Below, piece after piece: positions 1 to 13,227 of a stretch of 64,000 nt of DNA. The DNA is taken from positions 137,770-201,769 of the forward strand of contig OZ199839.1 of the NCBI GenBank assembly GCA_964304625.1, written 5' to 3'. How positions within the stretch are numbered: the first letter of the stretch is position 1; every line of letters starts with the position of its first letter. Below the pieces are notes generated by a model. It saw nothing but the letters and a program-made list of their open reading frames with translations, ran no database searches and had not been told where the DNA came from. The DNA is from Kudoa neothunni (Eukaryota > Animalia > Cnidaria). A program made the translations under genes and the position numbers.

Positions 1-59
1 CTAGTTTTCTCTCATACTTTAGTAAATGACTTATTTCATTTTTATCCATAATTGAAGCT

Positions 60-132
60 AAAAAAGGTGGGGTCCATTGGACCCCAATAGAAGGAATGTG
101 TAAAGTCAATTTTCAGGCGCTCGGAAGGTTAA
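60..132. mobile_element. Terminus of a piggyBac-type element that extends beyond the window start
   Basis: Ends ...GCGCTCGGAAGG|TTAA (TTAA 129-132) with a palindromic subterminal GGGGTCCATTGGACCCC. A diverged reverse-complement copy starts at 49408 (CCTTCCGAGCGC...GGGATCTATTAGACCC) and a similar subterminal motif lies at about 26532-26552. Confidence 0.7.
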
Positions 133-2307
133 ACTGTGGCTCTGAGGGTTTGAACCATGTCCGCGACTATTCATTGCATTATCATGTTTGTGTAATTTGA
201 TTTTATTCTCAATAGTTCTCTGAAAACGAGTCATTTTCTGTTTTTATTGTGAAGCATTTTGAAGATTAAAGGGATTAAAATCAACGATTTTAGCTACGCA
301 ATAGCATGAATTATAAATTTTCCCCCTTTTTCCGATTTTTTTGTATTTTTAAAAAATAAACCAATCAGAGATGAGGTTCTAACATCACATATTATTATTA
401 TTAATTTTCTTTATCATGGTAAAATTATCAAAAAATATGCTCAAATATAATGGATTACGCAATACAGTCTTGCAGATTTATTGCGCACTTTTAGAAATAA
501 TGTCGAAAATTCAAAATATACGAATTAACTATGGATATTAATCGTGAGATAAGAGTAAAATATGTCGATAAATATAATTATAGAATTAATAAATAATTTC
601 TTCGTTCGGAAAAATAGGAGTGCATGGTTATTACTCACCTGAAATCTGTTGTTTGATTACATAGGTATGGTTAATACGCAGCAGGGAAAATTATCGCTTA
701 CTTGAAGAAAACGTGTAGATTATTAAATAATTGGAAAAATAAGGAACTAAGAGTGGCTCTAAAGCGAGCATCGGTAAGCCCTCCGGCCCCAAATCACTCA
801 CCACATTGAATACAATTGTATCAATAAAATCAAAAATATTTGCAGACTTTATTTCAAGTGATTTAAAATTTTATCGCAAAACTCTTAGAAAAAAAAATTC
901 AAACTACTCGATATAAAAATGGATGAATGGGCCAACATTCGAAAACGAGGAACACATAGCTGTCCAGAGAGTACAATATAGTAGGAAAATAAATTAGTCA
1001 ATGGCATAAAGGACCACCCTTAAAACAACATTCCTATAACTGTCTGTCGGGGACAGTTCCATGGGTTTGTTTCGAGATTTAGTATAAAAACGAACAAATT
1101 AAATAGAAAATCAAAAAGAAATAAAGAAATTATTCAAAGTACATCCATCACGCCAAAATTCTGGGACAAATTACAAAGTTAAATTTTTCCTTTTGAAAAA
1201 TAAAATGAGCTTGGTTTAAAACAGGAGAAATAACAAATTTCTTGTTGAAAAAATAATTTTGTCATAAACTGCCTTATTCGTTTCCAAAATGCTCTTCGAA
1301 CAATAAAAAAATTAATACGAAAATTTTTCACATCTCCCTATTAAAGCTATTATTAGTGCAACGAGAGAATAAATTAAAAAAGCAGAAAAAGTGGTCGCAC
1401 ACCCACACAATTTTCCCCTATATGCGATGGCGCGAAAGCATGGATATTAAATAGTGTAGGGTTATTACGCAATCGAGTCGTTCTCCCAAAAAGATGCGTA
1501 GTATCCTTGCATAACTGTACAGAGAATTTACTGTAAATATAATTGAAAAAATTAAAATGTTTAACATTCAATTCGATTCAACGTTTTTAATATTAATGTG
1601 GGTCATTAAATCTTTTTTTTCAAAAAATTATCAGTTACGGGTAAAAAAAGTACGGGAAACACCGACTTAAAAGTTTATTTGTGTCTAAATTATTTTAATG
1701 ATAACTGTTGTAACGCGAAAAAAACCAAATGACAACAATAACAATATGATAAAAATGTGGCGCCCTATTTTAATACTTTGTTAAGCTTGCACCTAACTAA
1801 AACACAACACAACAATAACCGATCTTTTACAAAATTTATAATCATTTGTTAATGTGTCTCTTCGGTCAAAGAAGGACTACAATGTTCCTTAATGCGAATA
1901 ATATAAAATTCAAACCTATAAAAGGTAATCACGAAAAATGGGATAAAGAAAAATTTTTGTTTTCCTATCGTTAAACATTGTTTATTAACGATGTTCAATG
2001 TAGGTTCCGTAACTATTACGTAACATTTACATAATATCAGGAAAAGTGTAGTAGACATATTTAATTAAAGGTTGTAGCTATTGGAAGATTGTTGGTTTAA
2101 TTAAAAGTTGAATTTCGTAATGGTTGATTCTAGCTTTATATTTTTTCAAAAAAGTTCCTCCCATATTTTAACCGATAACTCATTCCCTTCCGATATACAC
2201 AGTTAAATCGTTGAAAAATGGCTACTTAAGATAGTCGAATATTTGCGAGAAAATGCGTCAAAGGGGCTTTACATACGAAAATGCGATTAGGCAAAACCCA
2301 CCAATGT

Positions 2308-3329
2308 ATGATGGGTGCAGCGATGATTCAGACAGCACTAATTTTAATATTTATAGCAACTGCTATGGAAACTGCCATAGTAAGCGATACTGGTGAGATG
2401 CTGAAACGTTTTTGTACGGGATTGGATTTAATTTTGTGCACCTTTTCAGATAGGACCAACTATTGCATAGGAAGTGCAGCCAAACAGTTGATCACAACAA
2501 ACAATTTGATGGTTTACGACTATGTTGGCCACAGAAATAACTATGTTGTCGATAAAAATTACAAATGTTGTATTGATCAGGGAGAATTGTGCCTATTTTA
2601 CGATCCCTGCCTAACAAGAAACATAAAAATCAAGGGAGAAACCTTTGAACGCGTCTATTTGGCATTTCTAGGTGGAAAGTACACTCAAAGTGAATTCTCT
2701 ATTGTGTACAACTCGAAAACTAATAAAAATCAAAAATTGGATCCCCGAACGTAATTCCGTTAGTGTCACACGAAGACGACAAAAACAAACACAACTAACT
2801 GTTTTCTTGTAGATACAATTTTAGTGTTACACTTAGCCCTAATTCCAATGGTTTAATTTGGATACAGGTATTAGATTGGTAGGTGAGCTTTTAGTTGATG
2901 AATAGAATGAAGGTCACTACTGAAAATTGTAATCCCAAGAAACTGCCTCAAGCGCTCCAATGTGATAAACGATACATCACTGCTATCTATCACACACAAA
3001 CAACCAATGCCGATTGTACTTTTCTTAAGAGGCTGGGGAAAAATGGATCAATCAAATTTTTTATCACATTCACTGTTGCTCCATTAATGGCATTTTTGAT
3101 GATTTTTGGATATTCAATTTTTAGCAAGAGAGTTCTGCTCGAAGAATATAACCTGGTTGTGTCGGAACAATCCTCCAATGCTAGTAATCAAGCTATTGGA
3201 ATGGTTAATTTACCGGTGGATACTACCAACTACAACTCCAACAAAGTGGATAGCCCTAACTCATGTTTGACTATCAACAAAGAAACTACGCCGGCTCAAA
3301 AATCTAGCAGTGTTGAATCGCAATTATAA
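2308..3329 (+). CDS. Lineage-specific single-pass (type I) membrane protein, about 4 exons
   Basis: Hydrophobic signal-peptide-like start (MMGAAMIQTALILIFIATAMETA) and a GT-AG intron at 2393-2449, with further short introns near 2751-2812 and 2868-2911. Cys-containing ectodomain, TM segment FFITFTVAPLMAFLMIFGYSIF and a Ser/Thr/Asn-rich tail ending TAA 3327-3329. No family recognised. Confidence 0.65.
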
Positions 3330-3399
3330 CACTATTTATATATCATAATTTTATTTTATCGCAATTATAACACTATTTTATATATCATAATTTTATTTT
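3317..3399 (+). repeat. 41/42-bp tandem duplication overlapping the stop codon and 3' UTR
   Basis: ATCGCAATTATAACACTATTT(T)ATATATCATAATTTTATTTT occurs twice in tandem (3317-3357, 3358-3399). Confidence 0.9.
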
Positions 3400-3424
3400 T
3401 TTCATTTTGAGAGTTAGTTATGTT

Positions 3425-4100
3425 TTTCGGTCGGTGTCTATTGACCCCAAACACTCACACATACGATATTTCGTAATCAACTTTACGAGTTGGTAATCCA
3501 ATTCCGTAGTACAAATCTTTAAATTTTACCGGCTCTGCCGAATATTCATTCAATTTGTGAGTCAACTATAGTTTAAATCGAATTAAACACTTATGAACTG
3601 ACGAATCTAAACTGATACCATCTCTATTTCTTCTTGGTTGTCCTTAAGATTTGATCCATTGTACTTGTTTCCCATACTAAATGGTTGGGTTGGTTATATT
3701 TAATTTTTTAAATCAATCCCTCCACCTAATTTGTTTGTTTATTTATTTATTACCTTACAACATATTCCAACACTTAACATTGTTTCGCTGTTCGGTAAAG
3801 CGTTATAGCCGGTGTGATTGAGACAGGATCTTTTTATGAGATACCCCACAACAAAAATATAGCAACAACGCAACAGTTTACTCTATATGGGTTGTCAACG
3901 ATCCTTTACAAAATCACGATTACCCCACAGATATCATGGCGAATATGAAAATGATAGGTCTATATCTGGAAAAACTCACTCATCATACCAATAGCAGAAA
4001 TCTACCCAAAACAGCACCCCTAAATGATTGATCTGTTGAAATTTGAAGAATGTCATCAAATAAGCGCTAATATCATTTAAGAAAGTTACTTTAACTGAAT
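3425..4100 (-). mobile_element. Highly decayed piggyBac-like remnant
   Basis: Minus strand gives KLGGGID, resembling the piggyBac YN.xMGGVD motif, near 3715-3740. A GGTGTCTATTGACCCC subterminal-like motif lies at about 3434. Confidence 0.35.
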
Positions 4101-5926
4101 TAAAAAATGAATTGGTGTAATAATTCATAAGATGATAACCGAACCAATGGGATCACATGCCGAGCTATTGATCTTACTTAGTGTGTGGAAGTTAGGCTGT
4201 AAATAAACACGATTAATTTTATTCCTATCCAGCGTAATTAGTTGTGAGATCAACCCTGTATCTATAAATCCATCCTTAAATGGTTTTTAGGATTATTTGT
4301 AGAATCTATAGACCTATCATAAAATAGAGGTATTTTGAATTTGGCGTATTTAGCTATAGAACATTATAAACTAGCTTAAGGCGATTACAGGCGTTTGACA
4401 GGTAGGATCTACTCTCAACGAAATGCTCCCTTCACATATTAATAAGAAGTTGACTATTAAACCGTCAGAATATACGAATTAATGGACATTAAACAATCCA
4501 CCAACAAAACTCCTTTGTTAAGACTTTTGAGCTTAAAATATGAGCTATGTAAAACTGCAGTTGGCTTAATTAATAACATTGTTTTTTTGAATGTAGACAA
4601 AAATTGTTTTCCTACTTCTTAAATTTCTTAAATAAAGGCGGGATGTAGTATTTAACTTTAATGAATGAAACCTGATAATCAGATTTACCGTCATCGGCAA
4701 TTTGCTATTTTAGATTGATTTTTAGCTTGATTGACTTATAGGAAAATTATGACTACCATTATTCTTTAAAATTTAAAATATTTTAATGACTTGTTTTTTT
4801 TACGTGTTTAACAATCACGTAAGATAGCATCATCGACGCTAATCATATGTGTATATGCACTGATTTAAAGTCCAATCGATAGTCGATTGTTGCCTCTGGT
4901 TAATTCTGTAATGCTTGTCTCTAATCCAAAACATTTTTCTGCTGATTTTACGAATAGAGTACATTTTATACGTGAAGTGATCTGATAATTTTTTGTGTCT
5001 GTATAATGTACAATATTTTCTTTACTTAAGTCAACGTTTGAGCTCTATCATTATCTGATTTCTATATTAAAATAAATTATTAAATTCAGCTAATAATTCA
5101 CCTTGTCCCATAATTGGGTCTAACCCTCCTTAGCGCTTGATTTTAAATCAACTTAAGTTCTTTTTATGTCAGGCTGAGGACAAGTGATTGATTTTATTCT
5201 CATAATTTTAATGTTTCTATAATACAATTAGCAGGTATGTAGTTAAAACAAATATACATTACGATACCAACCATTCGTTCTCCTCAGATTCTTACTAAGC
5301 CAGCTTGGATTCTATTTGCAATACAGTGCTGCAACCTCAGAGTTCGATCGTCTTGGATCTCGTATAAATCGGAGTTTGGCCAAAAATTTCGAGTCAGAAA
5401 CACTTTTGAATTCGAGCATATATAGAAAGAGTATTCAGAACAAATACAGTTGGAGCAAAAACAGAGAAGAAGAGTCACTCAATCAAATTATGCAACCGTC
5501 ATCAAAGGAGAAATATTTATCCTATATTTCATTTTTACCAACATATTTAATATTTACATTTTATAAACACAAGATATTCATGGTTTTTTATAAATAAGAA
5601 TAAAAATAGTCATTTATTTGAGTCGCGGTAATGGATCAAACTAATTCTTATTATTTTGTAGGTAAAAAATTACTCGAAATCGAACACACCACTAGAACGG
5701 ATTATTATCGAAGTTCGCGGTTGCACTGTATTTGTAATAAGGTTTTTTAGTAAATATTGAAATTTTTGATACATAATCATCTTGAATAGATAAAGAAAAG
5801 ATCAAGGTTTCTAATAAAGACGAAGAAAAGAAATCGAGTAGTTTTGTAATATAAATAATTAAAATATTTTGGAAGAACAGGAAGCACGATATTGTTAAAG
5901 AAAAAATTGGAGTCAGACTCATTTAA

Positions 5927-8335
5927 CCCTTAACCCTTAAAGGATAACCTTCAGTTCCATGCACCCATCTTTATATTATTTTGTTTATAAATTTTGTTGT
6001 TATGCATGTTATATTTTGTGTATATTCGTCAGAATTTTATCTACATTTTTAAAAAAGCATTATCTACCGACCGACATAATAAAATAAGTTAATGGTTTGG
6101 CGAAATTACATAAATTATAACAGGTTTTACAACAAAATAATAGGGAGGTGGACGCACGAATCCAATGGTTAGCCGTTAAGGGTTAATGGACAACTCTGGG
6201 TTCCACGATCCCATATACATTTACCGGCTTAATTATAGTATTAATGTGTTAATTCATGCATTAATTCGTGGTCTCTCTTAAAGCTAGCTGTGTTGTATAA
6301 TAACGCTTTGATAAGAAAAGAAAATAAGAATAAATATTCTACTAATTTTTTGAAATACAATAAAAATAATATTCCTCGTGGTATGCTCGCTGCATACACT
6401 TTTTTGCAAAGAGGACACGCTTATTCCTACGAGTTACGGGGCTTGGACAAAAATGACATGGCCTTCGTCTGTTATCTTTGCAGATTTGGGTTAGGTTTGA
6501 TTTATTATTGGAAAATTGATATCTAACAATTTCCGTCGAGCGTTTCAAAGTGGGTTTGGTAGAAATTAATGGATTTTCGAATTTTCTTTCTTATTCTTCT
6601 TTTATTAACGAATAAGACAAATCCAATGGGAATCCTTGTCTTCAACCAGTTTTATCGGTTCTCATGTAGGTAGGATTTCTATTTATGAAGATTACAAACG
6701 CGTTGAATGCAGCCACATCTAATAATTGGCGAAACACCGCGAATGATCAATGTCGACACATTCTCTTGCAAGAATATGTTGAAACACACTGATCTAATGT
6801 GTCAACGCCGCATTTTTATTGTAGTCTAAGATTGCCTTGAGCTTAGCATATGATATTCTTTATTTACATTTTGAGTACGGTGTTCTGATGGAAGAACAAC
6901 CACTGCCTTGTTTTTACGCGGAACGTACGAAATAAGAATGAATACTTTGTAAAAACCCAATAACGATGAAAATATCTTTCTTGATCTATGCGCCAAAAAT
7001 TCTGGGGATATAAAAGTTTTGCATATAAATATTCAGCCAGTTTCCACGAAGTGAAATAATTGTCGATGGTGATACTACGACCTGCATCCAACAGATGTTG
7101 TGTTAGATTTACCACAACATTAAAAGGCAGGTTGGATTTACGGTAACGGTCAAATTTACCAAAATATGGAATCATGTTTGAAACATAAAATGTGTCGCTG
7201 TCGCAAACAATCCAAAATTTTAAACCGTATTTCAATGGTTTTTTGGGCATGTAAACCAAAAATGAAACTCGCCCCCAAAAAGGATATAGCTGTTCATCAA
7301 CAGTTAAATTAGGACCTGGGTTATAGCTAGTTTTACAAATGTTAGTAAATTCGTCGAATATTTTTTTTATCAGTGAAAATTTATCTTCCGATCCAGGATT
7401 GTTGTTTCTGGTCCAGTACTCATCAAAACGCAATACACAGGATTTTTATGAATTTATCTCGACTCATCGTTGCAGGAAATAAGGGCCTCCCATGAATTTC
7501 ATCCCACAAAATTTTTGTACATTCCGAATTGGATTTGTAGATGACAGCTAACAACAACAACAATCCCAAAAAAGCTTTTAATTCAATCAGATCGAGATGT
7601 TTCCATTCATCTCCTATCTCATCGATGCCTCTGTGATTGGTATACAACATGATTTCTTCCATTATTTGTTTAGTTATGAAATGATTGAAACAATCAAGTG
7701 GTGTCATTGAATCGAAAGAATCAATTGGTTTCCTTGTACAATAATGCGGTCTAATATATTATGACAGGAAGTTCGTCCAGAAGTGATCTGGGGAGTACAA
7801 ATAATAGATGTATCTTTTGACAAATAATTTTTAATGGAATATCGAGTGTTACAATCATGTGAGACAATTTGTGAAGAAGAATGTTGATTAAATACATTTA
7901 GTTTCCTCTTAGATGAATATATGAATAATGAAATGAAGAATTTAAATTTTTTCGATAAATTAACCGTAATATTCATTTATTAAACTTTCGTTTAATTCGT
8001 TATTATCTTCCAAGAAATTTTTTAGCTCGTTTGAAGATAAACTTTCAGTGTCAGATGATATATCAGTAAATAGATGGGAATCTTCCATTATAACTGTTTG
8101 GTGCAATTTTTTGATCCAATTTTGTTATGTACAAACATAACAGGCTTAATGTATGTAATCCAAAAGATGAAAACACTGGTCTTACAACCATAAAAAAAAA
8201 TTTTTAATGAATAACACCAATTCATGGATAATTAATTTTTATGAATTTATGTGAAATTTCAACCCAACAATAATTAGTCTAACCTAAGTAATTGACGATG
8301 TATCATGTGGGTGGGTTCGTGGAGCCCAGGGTTAA
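5927..8335 (-). mobile_element. Decayed autonomous piggyBac (PGBD4-like transposase), with a MITE nested in one terminus
   Basis: Frameshifted transposase from ATG 8088 to about 6342 with motifs ELKAFLGLLLL, RPLFPATMSRDKF, LTVDEQLYPFWGR, YMPKKPLKYGLKFW, ITIDNYFTS, GVDTLDQ and a C-terminal RRPCHFCP Cys-rich region. Inverted subterminal repeats CTGGGTTCCACGATCCCA (about 6196-6213) and TGGGTTCGTGGAGCCCAG (8312-8329). Confidence 0.9.
5934..6182. mobile_element. piggyBac-derived MITE, family A copy 1
   Basis: TTAA at 5930-5933 and 6183-6186, TIR CCCTTAAAGGATAACC / GGTTAGCCGTTAAGGG. Closely similar to 38545-38771. Confidence 0.9.
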
Positions 8336-8559
8336 TTTAATAATACGTAAAAAATATCAGAAAGTTGGAATTTTTTATTACAGATGAAGTGTTAATTGAT
8401 ATATTTTACAAATAAACATTTTCTAAAATATCGCCGGATGTTCAAAGAGCATGATTGTGAAGAGTCCGATTTGTGCTATGTTGGAGGCACTCATTCGCTG
8501 GGATTATTTTTTTTTATAACAAAATCGAATTTAACAAATATAAATGTTTTTTTATTTCT

Positions 8560-8960
8560 AATTCGTAAAAGAAAATTTAGCCAGAATCGAAAAAGCCATT
8601 AAATGGAAGTCTAGACTACGCAGATGACGACATGCTTGGTTTTAAATAACTCTTCTCAGAATATATCGTACAAAATAAGATATGTTTTTAGGGGTACCAA
8701 TTCTTACTTCTTAGAATACTTTGCCTCTACAGAATATCCGACACTTGACAAAATACTCTGCGCATTCAAAAGTAAATTTGTTTTTAAGAAATACATTCCC
8801 TCAAAATGTTCTAAATATGAAATTAAAATTTTCAATATAGCGGATTTTTAAATTTTTTGCACTATAACACACAAATTTATGTTATGATTCATAAAATAGA
8901 TGGTTTATCTCAAAATTTCATGTTGTGTCTAGTTAGGCTAAAGTTGGCGAAGGGTTGAGG
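8560..8960 (+). mobile_element. piggyBac transposase fragment
   Basis: YPTLDKILCAFKSKFVFKKYIPSKCSKYEIKIF aligns with the piggyBac consensus TIDEQLxxFRGRCxFRQYIPSKPAKYGIKIF. AAGGGTTGA terminus-like sequence at about 8950-8958. Confidence 0.75.
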
Positions 8961-10036
8961 ATTAAGTTAAATTGTTTTTTCTAATTAGAATGATCATTTA
9001 CAATTCCTCTATTTTTTATAATCGATCTTTTCAGCACATAAGGACGTTTAATAGAAATATAAACGATTCCTTTTAAATATTATCTCCTCATTTCTAAATG
9101 GAAATATGTAAACAACGAAATAGAGATTACAATATTCCCTCCAACCTTATTCTTACTCATTTTTACTGACAGTATTATATCAGTCCTATTGTAACGAATG
9201 GAAACGTTCAATTATTGTTCTTAACGACTTTGAATCACCATTTAAATATATAAAATTTTAAATTTATTATCACCAAAATAAGATAAATTTCGAGAACAAA
9301 AATTGTATAAAACTAACCATTTCCTCATAAAAAATGTCAAGGGTTCGTTATTTTTTCGCGCTCTGCGATGAAAATCTATTCTTATAAATATCATAATGTA
9401 AATTTACGAAGCTAATTTTCAGCTGTAATGCAAAAAATTAATTACATACAATTATGTATGTATTTATATATATATATATATATTCTGGTTCGCCTTCTAA
9501 TTTAGCACGACTATCCGACCCTTGCCCTAAGAGAAACATCACATAAAATTGTTTTCTAATCAATTTCTCTATGTGAATACTAATTAAAATATGGAATCAC
9601 TACAAGTGATGACATAAGATAAAATCAAACAGAAATAATCTCAGGAATTCTACCCCAAAGAATCTCGCTATATTTAATAACTACAAAACAACGAAACATT
9701 TTAAATTTTAAAATATTCCATACTGATCAATATTATAAATATCAAAAACTAAGATTTCTTTTAAAAATAATAATTTTAAAAATTGGAATTATACAATATT
9801 CAGTCCAGTTTTGACTGTAAACTATTTTTCATAATAAAGTGCATGAATACGCATGCGCTGAGATAAAACTTTTGTAGTGCTTGTTCTGGCTCGTATGATC
9901 GACAAATCATCAACCAAAGTGCACAGTCGAATTCTATAAATGATTAAGTTTCTGTAGGTCTGTTTAAGAAGGATACCGTGTTGTTTATTGGGCGATGCTT
10001 TCTTCGATACATTCACACAAACACCTGGTTTTTTAG

Positions 10037-10830
10037 AGATGGAGAAAATTCCAGCCAATCACCCAGTCGGAAAAACCAAGTAATTTGTTTTCAGTTGAAT
10101 TTATCTGATAATTTTTATGAAGTGACTGTAAAAGTAACACATTCGAAGCGTATTTGTTGTATGACAGTTACGCTAATGCGTTACAAGTGATACATTTTAT
10201 CAACAAAATGTCGTTTATTTGCAATGAGGGTATTTCCATTCGATGACCTTTCATCATAGTTAACATATGCTTAAGTGAATAATCGTACCCATTCAATTTG
10301 TGCAATGATAGCGATAAACCAACGATTTTTTAAATGTCCGAAACTTATTGACCATTTGGAATCTGATAGAATCCCGGTCGGCGATGCTGCAATAGGAAAA
10401 AGTACTTTTCTTTAATTTGGTTGATCTAATGAATTTCGAAATAAAGACGAGGAATTTATCAGATTTCAATCAATTATTCAAAAACCACAAATTAATATGT
10501 CCGAAGCTGAGGCATACATGAAATCATTAGCTCCATCTGCCACCACATTGAACAACCATTCTTCTAAATGTAATTTAATTTTACGATATTTAGTTTTTTT
10601 GAATGTGTACTAGCCAATGAAAAGGTTCATATTATTAATCCTAAGCTTAAAAATGATAACAGAAAATCGAATTTTAACTCATCGAAAAAAAATGAAAATG
10701 GTGATCGAAGGCCGAAAAATCCTAAACAATATCGTAGTTCAGTAACTATAATGTTGGCTATTAATTTGAAAATTAAGAGGGTGCGCGCAAGGGGAGAACC
10801 GACCGCGTCGGTGATAAATCAAAGGAATAA
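10037..10830 (+). CDS. Probable 3' exons of an unidentified hydrophilic protein
   Basis: Exon-like open segments bounded by short GT..AG introns: DGENSSQSPSRKNQ; EFRNKDEEFIRFQSIIQKPQINMSEAEAYMKSLAPS; NEKVHIINPKLKNDNRK...; GARKGRTDRVGDKSKE*. The 5' end is not resolved and no family was recognised. Confidence 0.35.
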
Positions 10831-11509
10831 CCGATGTCGCTCAGAATTTCTCGTCCTTGGTGGTTGAATTGTTTGGTATTAGTCACTACTTACCGGATAT
10901 TTGTGGAATGGGTGATCACTTGCTAAACTCATTAGTTTAATGCTTTGTGTTATTTTTATTTTTGTGAACCCTTTACTTATGCTTGTTTATACGCCATATT
11001 TTTTCATACCTATTACCTATTAACGACTAGTTTTGCCCAATATTTTTTCTTTTTTTTACTAATAGTCGGTACTCACCAAAACTTCCCGTTATTCAAGATA
11101 TTCAAGACAGATGCAAAGAGAATTTGAGTCTTAAATAAAAACACCAAATAATTTAAGATAATATTCAATATCATTGATTAATAGATTAATATAAATTGTT
11201 CTCTCTTTTTGGTGTATTCCTCTCGAGAAATGCATAAAGTATAGTGTTTCCACGAAAATAAGACATTTTCTTATACTAATTTTACACAAGAAATAGCTAT
11301 TAGGTCTTACATCTCCGACATAAAATCAAAATAATTATACTCCTATGCGATTATCTAAAAAATCAATATAGATTATGTTTTTGATAGCAACAAATCATTA
11401 ATATCTTCAAAGAAAACGAAATTACTCATTATTGTTGTAACTAAAGCCTGGTAATCAAAGTACTGTCGAATAACCATTACTACAATACTCTGGAGCACTG
11501 TCAGGTTTT

Positions 11510-11668
11510 ACTTAAAATTCTCACTAAAAATATCACTAGGTTCTATTCAAAATTCCCTCCGAAAATACAGTCAAGTCTTATTTATAATTCCCATTAAAAA
11601 TATTGATAGGTCTTAAAATTCCCCCGAAAAATACAGTCAAGTCTTATTTAAAAATTCCACCCAAAGGG
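11510..11668. repeat. Imperfect tandem repeat (period about 65 bp), probably a transposon subterminal array
   Basis: AAAATTCCC(T/C)C..AAAATACAGTCAAGTCTTATTTA at about 11549-11584 and 11615-11650, interleaved with AAAAATAT...TAGGT subunits. Confidence 0.7.
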
Positions 11669-13227
11669 CGAACTTTTGCCGATGCGTGCGCACTAAAAAA
11701 TGTAATGAATTATATATTATTTTTTTACCGGATAATCTAAACAAATTGCGAACTATAAATTCTTGTAATGGATTCTAATAATAGGTTTCCGTGGTAGAAA
11801 GTGGCTATTGGCACGGTAAATAATACTTAGGTGACATTAGTTTTGACTGCATTTTAAAATTGTTGGCCTTAAGAACGAATCGGTGGGTCAGAAATAGTTA
11901 AATAGAGCAGATTCTACAAAATCAAATCTGTTAACAACTTATAAATAAGGATGGCTGAGATTAAAAATTTTGGTCGCGCGTGCGTACATGCCGTTTAGGA
12001 TTAAATTTTAGCGTGCCAATAGCCTCTACCTTTTAAGCGTTTAACTACTCCTGACTAATGATGTCACTCTTACGTATTAACTACGAAGAAGACATAATTA
12101 GCTAGTCTTATTGGAACATAATGATTATTCGAATAAATTGAGTATGGAAAGTATTTTTGCTGGTCTCAGCATCTCCCAATGTCATCTCTCTGTTTGTTCG
12201 TATCTGTCGAAATAATAGCATCATTCTTCGTGGAAATAAAACTGAATCCAAATATTTTATTACATCATTTATATTCATTTCTAATTGACAAATTTCGTCA
12301 CGTGACGTTTTTCACACCCTTTGAATCTGAGTAAATAATAGTTTTAAATTTTTAATTATTCTTTGGGAGGCTTAATGCTTAATATTCAGTGAATTTTTAG
12401 GAAATTTCGGGTTGAATTAAGTTTGAGAGTTCTTTTAAGTTGTGTTTAATTGTGGAAATATTCAATTTAAATTTTGGTTTGATTCAAAGTTTATTTCTAT
12501 TTTTTCAAACATTATTGAAAGGCAGTCGATAAGTCGATATCAATATGGGGGAATTTTTTCATTTTTTGATTATGACATTATTTGTTGGGAAGTAACAGAC
12601 TTGAGGGCCTTTCCGAACTAATAATGGATTTTTTGAATTTTTTTCATTTTAATCCCTGCAGCGCAATTATAACACTCGGCTCCAAATTTTCTTTCCACTT
12701 TTTTAGTCGTAAATAATAATTAAACCTAGAAATTTCATTAAAAATTTCTCAAAATAATTCATTTTAAAATAGGATCAAAATATCTTGAATAAATTTAAAG
12801 TATACTGGATTAATAAGCGATAATGTATTTGAATCGATTTTTAATTTGAGATGGTTCTTTGTTTTATTATAATACAGTGATTTTTTTGAGTGACAATTTA
12901 AGTAAATATTTTTTAATTAATCCGGGGATTAAATCAGTACGAATGTGTTATATAAAGTTGCACAAACAACAAACAAACTATTAATTTTATAAAATCATTT
13001 AACAAACAGCCGAGTTTTAACTATGAGAACAATAAAAATGCACATAAACTTATTTAAAATTAATTAAAGACTGCAAGTAACGCTTTAAAGGCGATAATAT
13101 CGTACTATAGTTGAAGTTTTGAATTCTTAGTTAATCGGTCGGTGAGGCTTGAATACACCGCCAAAATATTTCATGATTAAATAATTAAATAAACACTCAG
13201 CTAAAATATTAATGATCTTATTGGGTC

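Noticed and set aside
5235-5600. Exon-like open segment after a GT..AG intron (ORF 5316-5597)
   Set aside because: It could not be joined into a coherent gene and shows no recognisable homology. It may still be a real orphan exon.
11510-11668. CRISPR-like repeat array
   Set aside because: Only 2-3 imperfect units with related rather than unique spacers, eukaryotic context and no cas genes.
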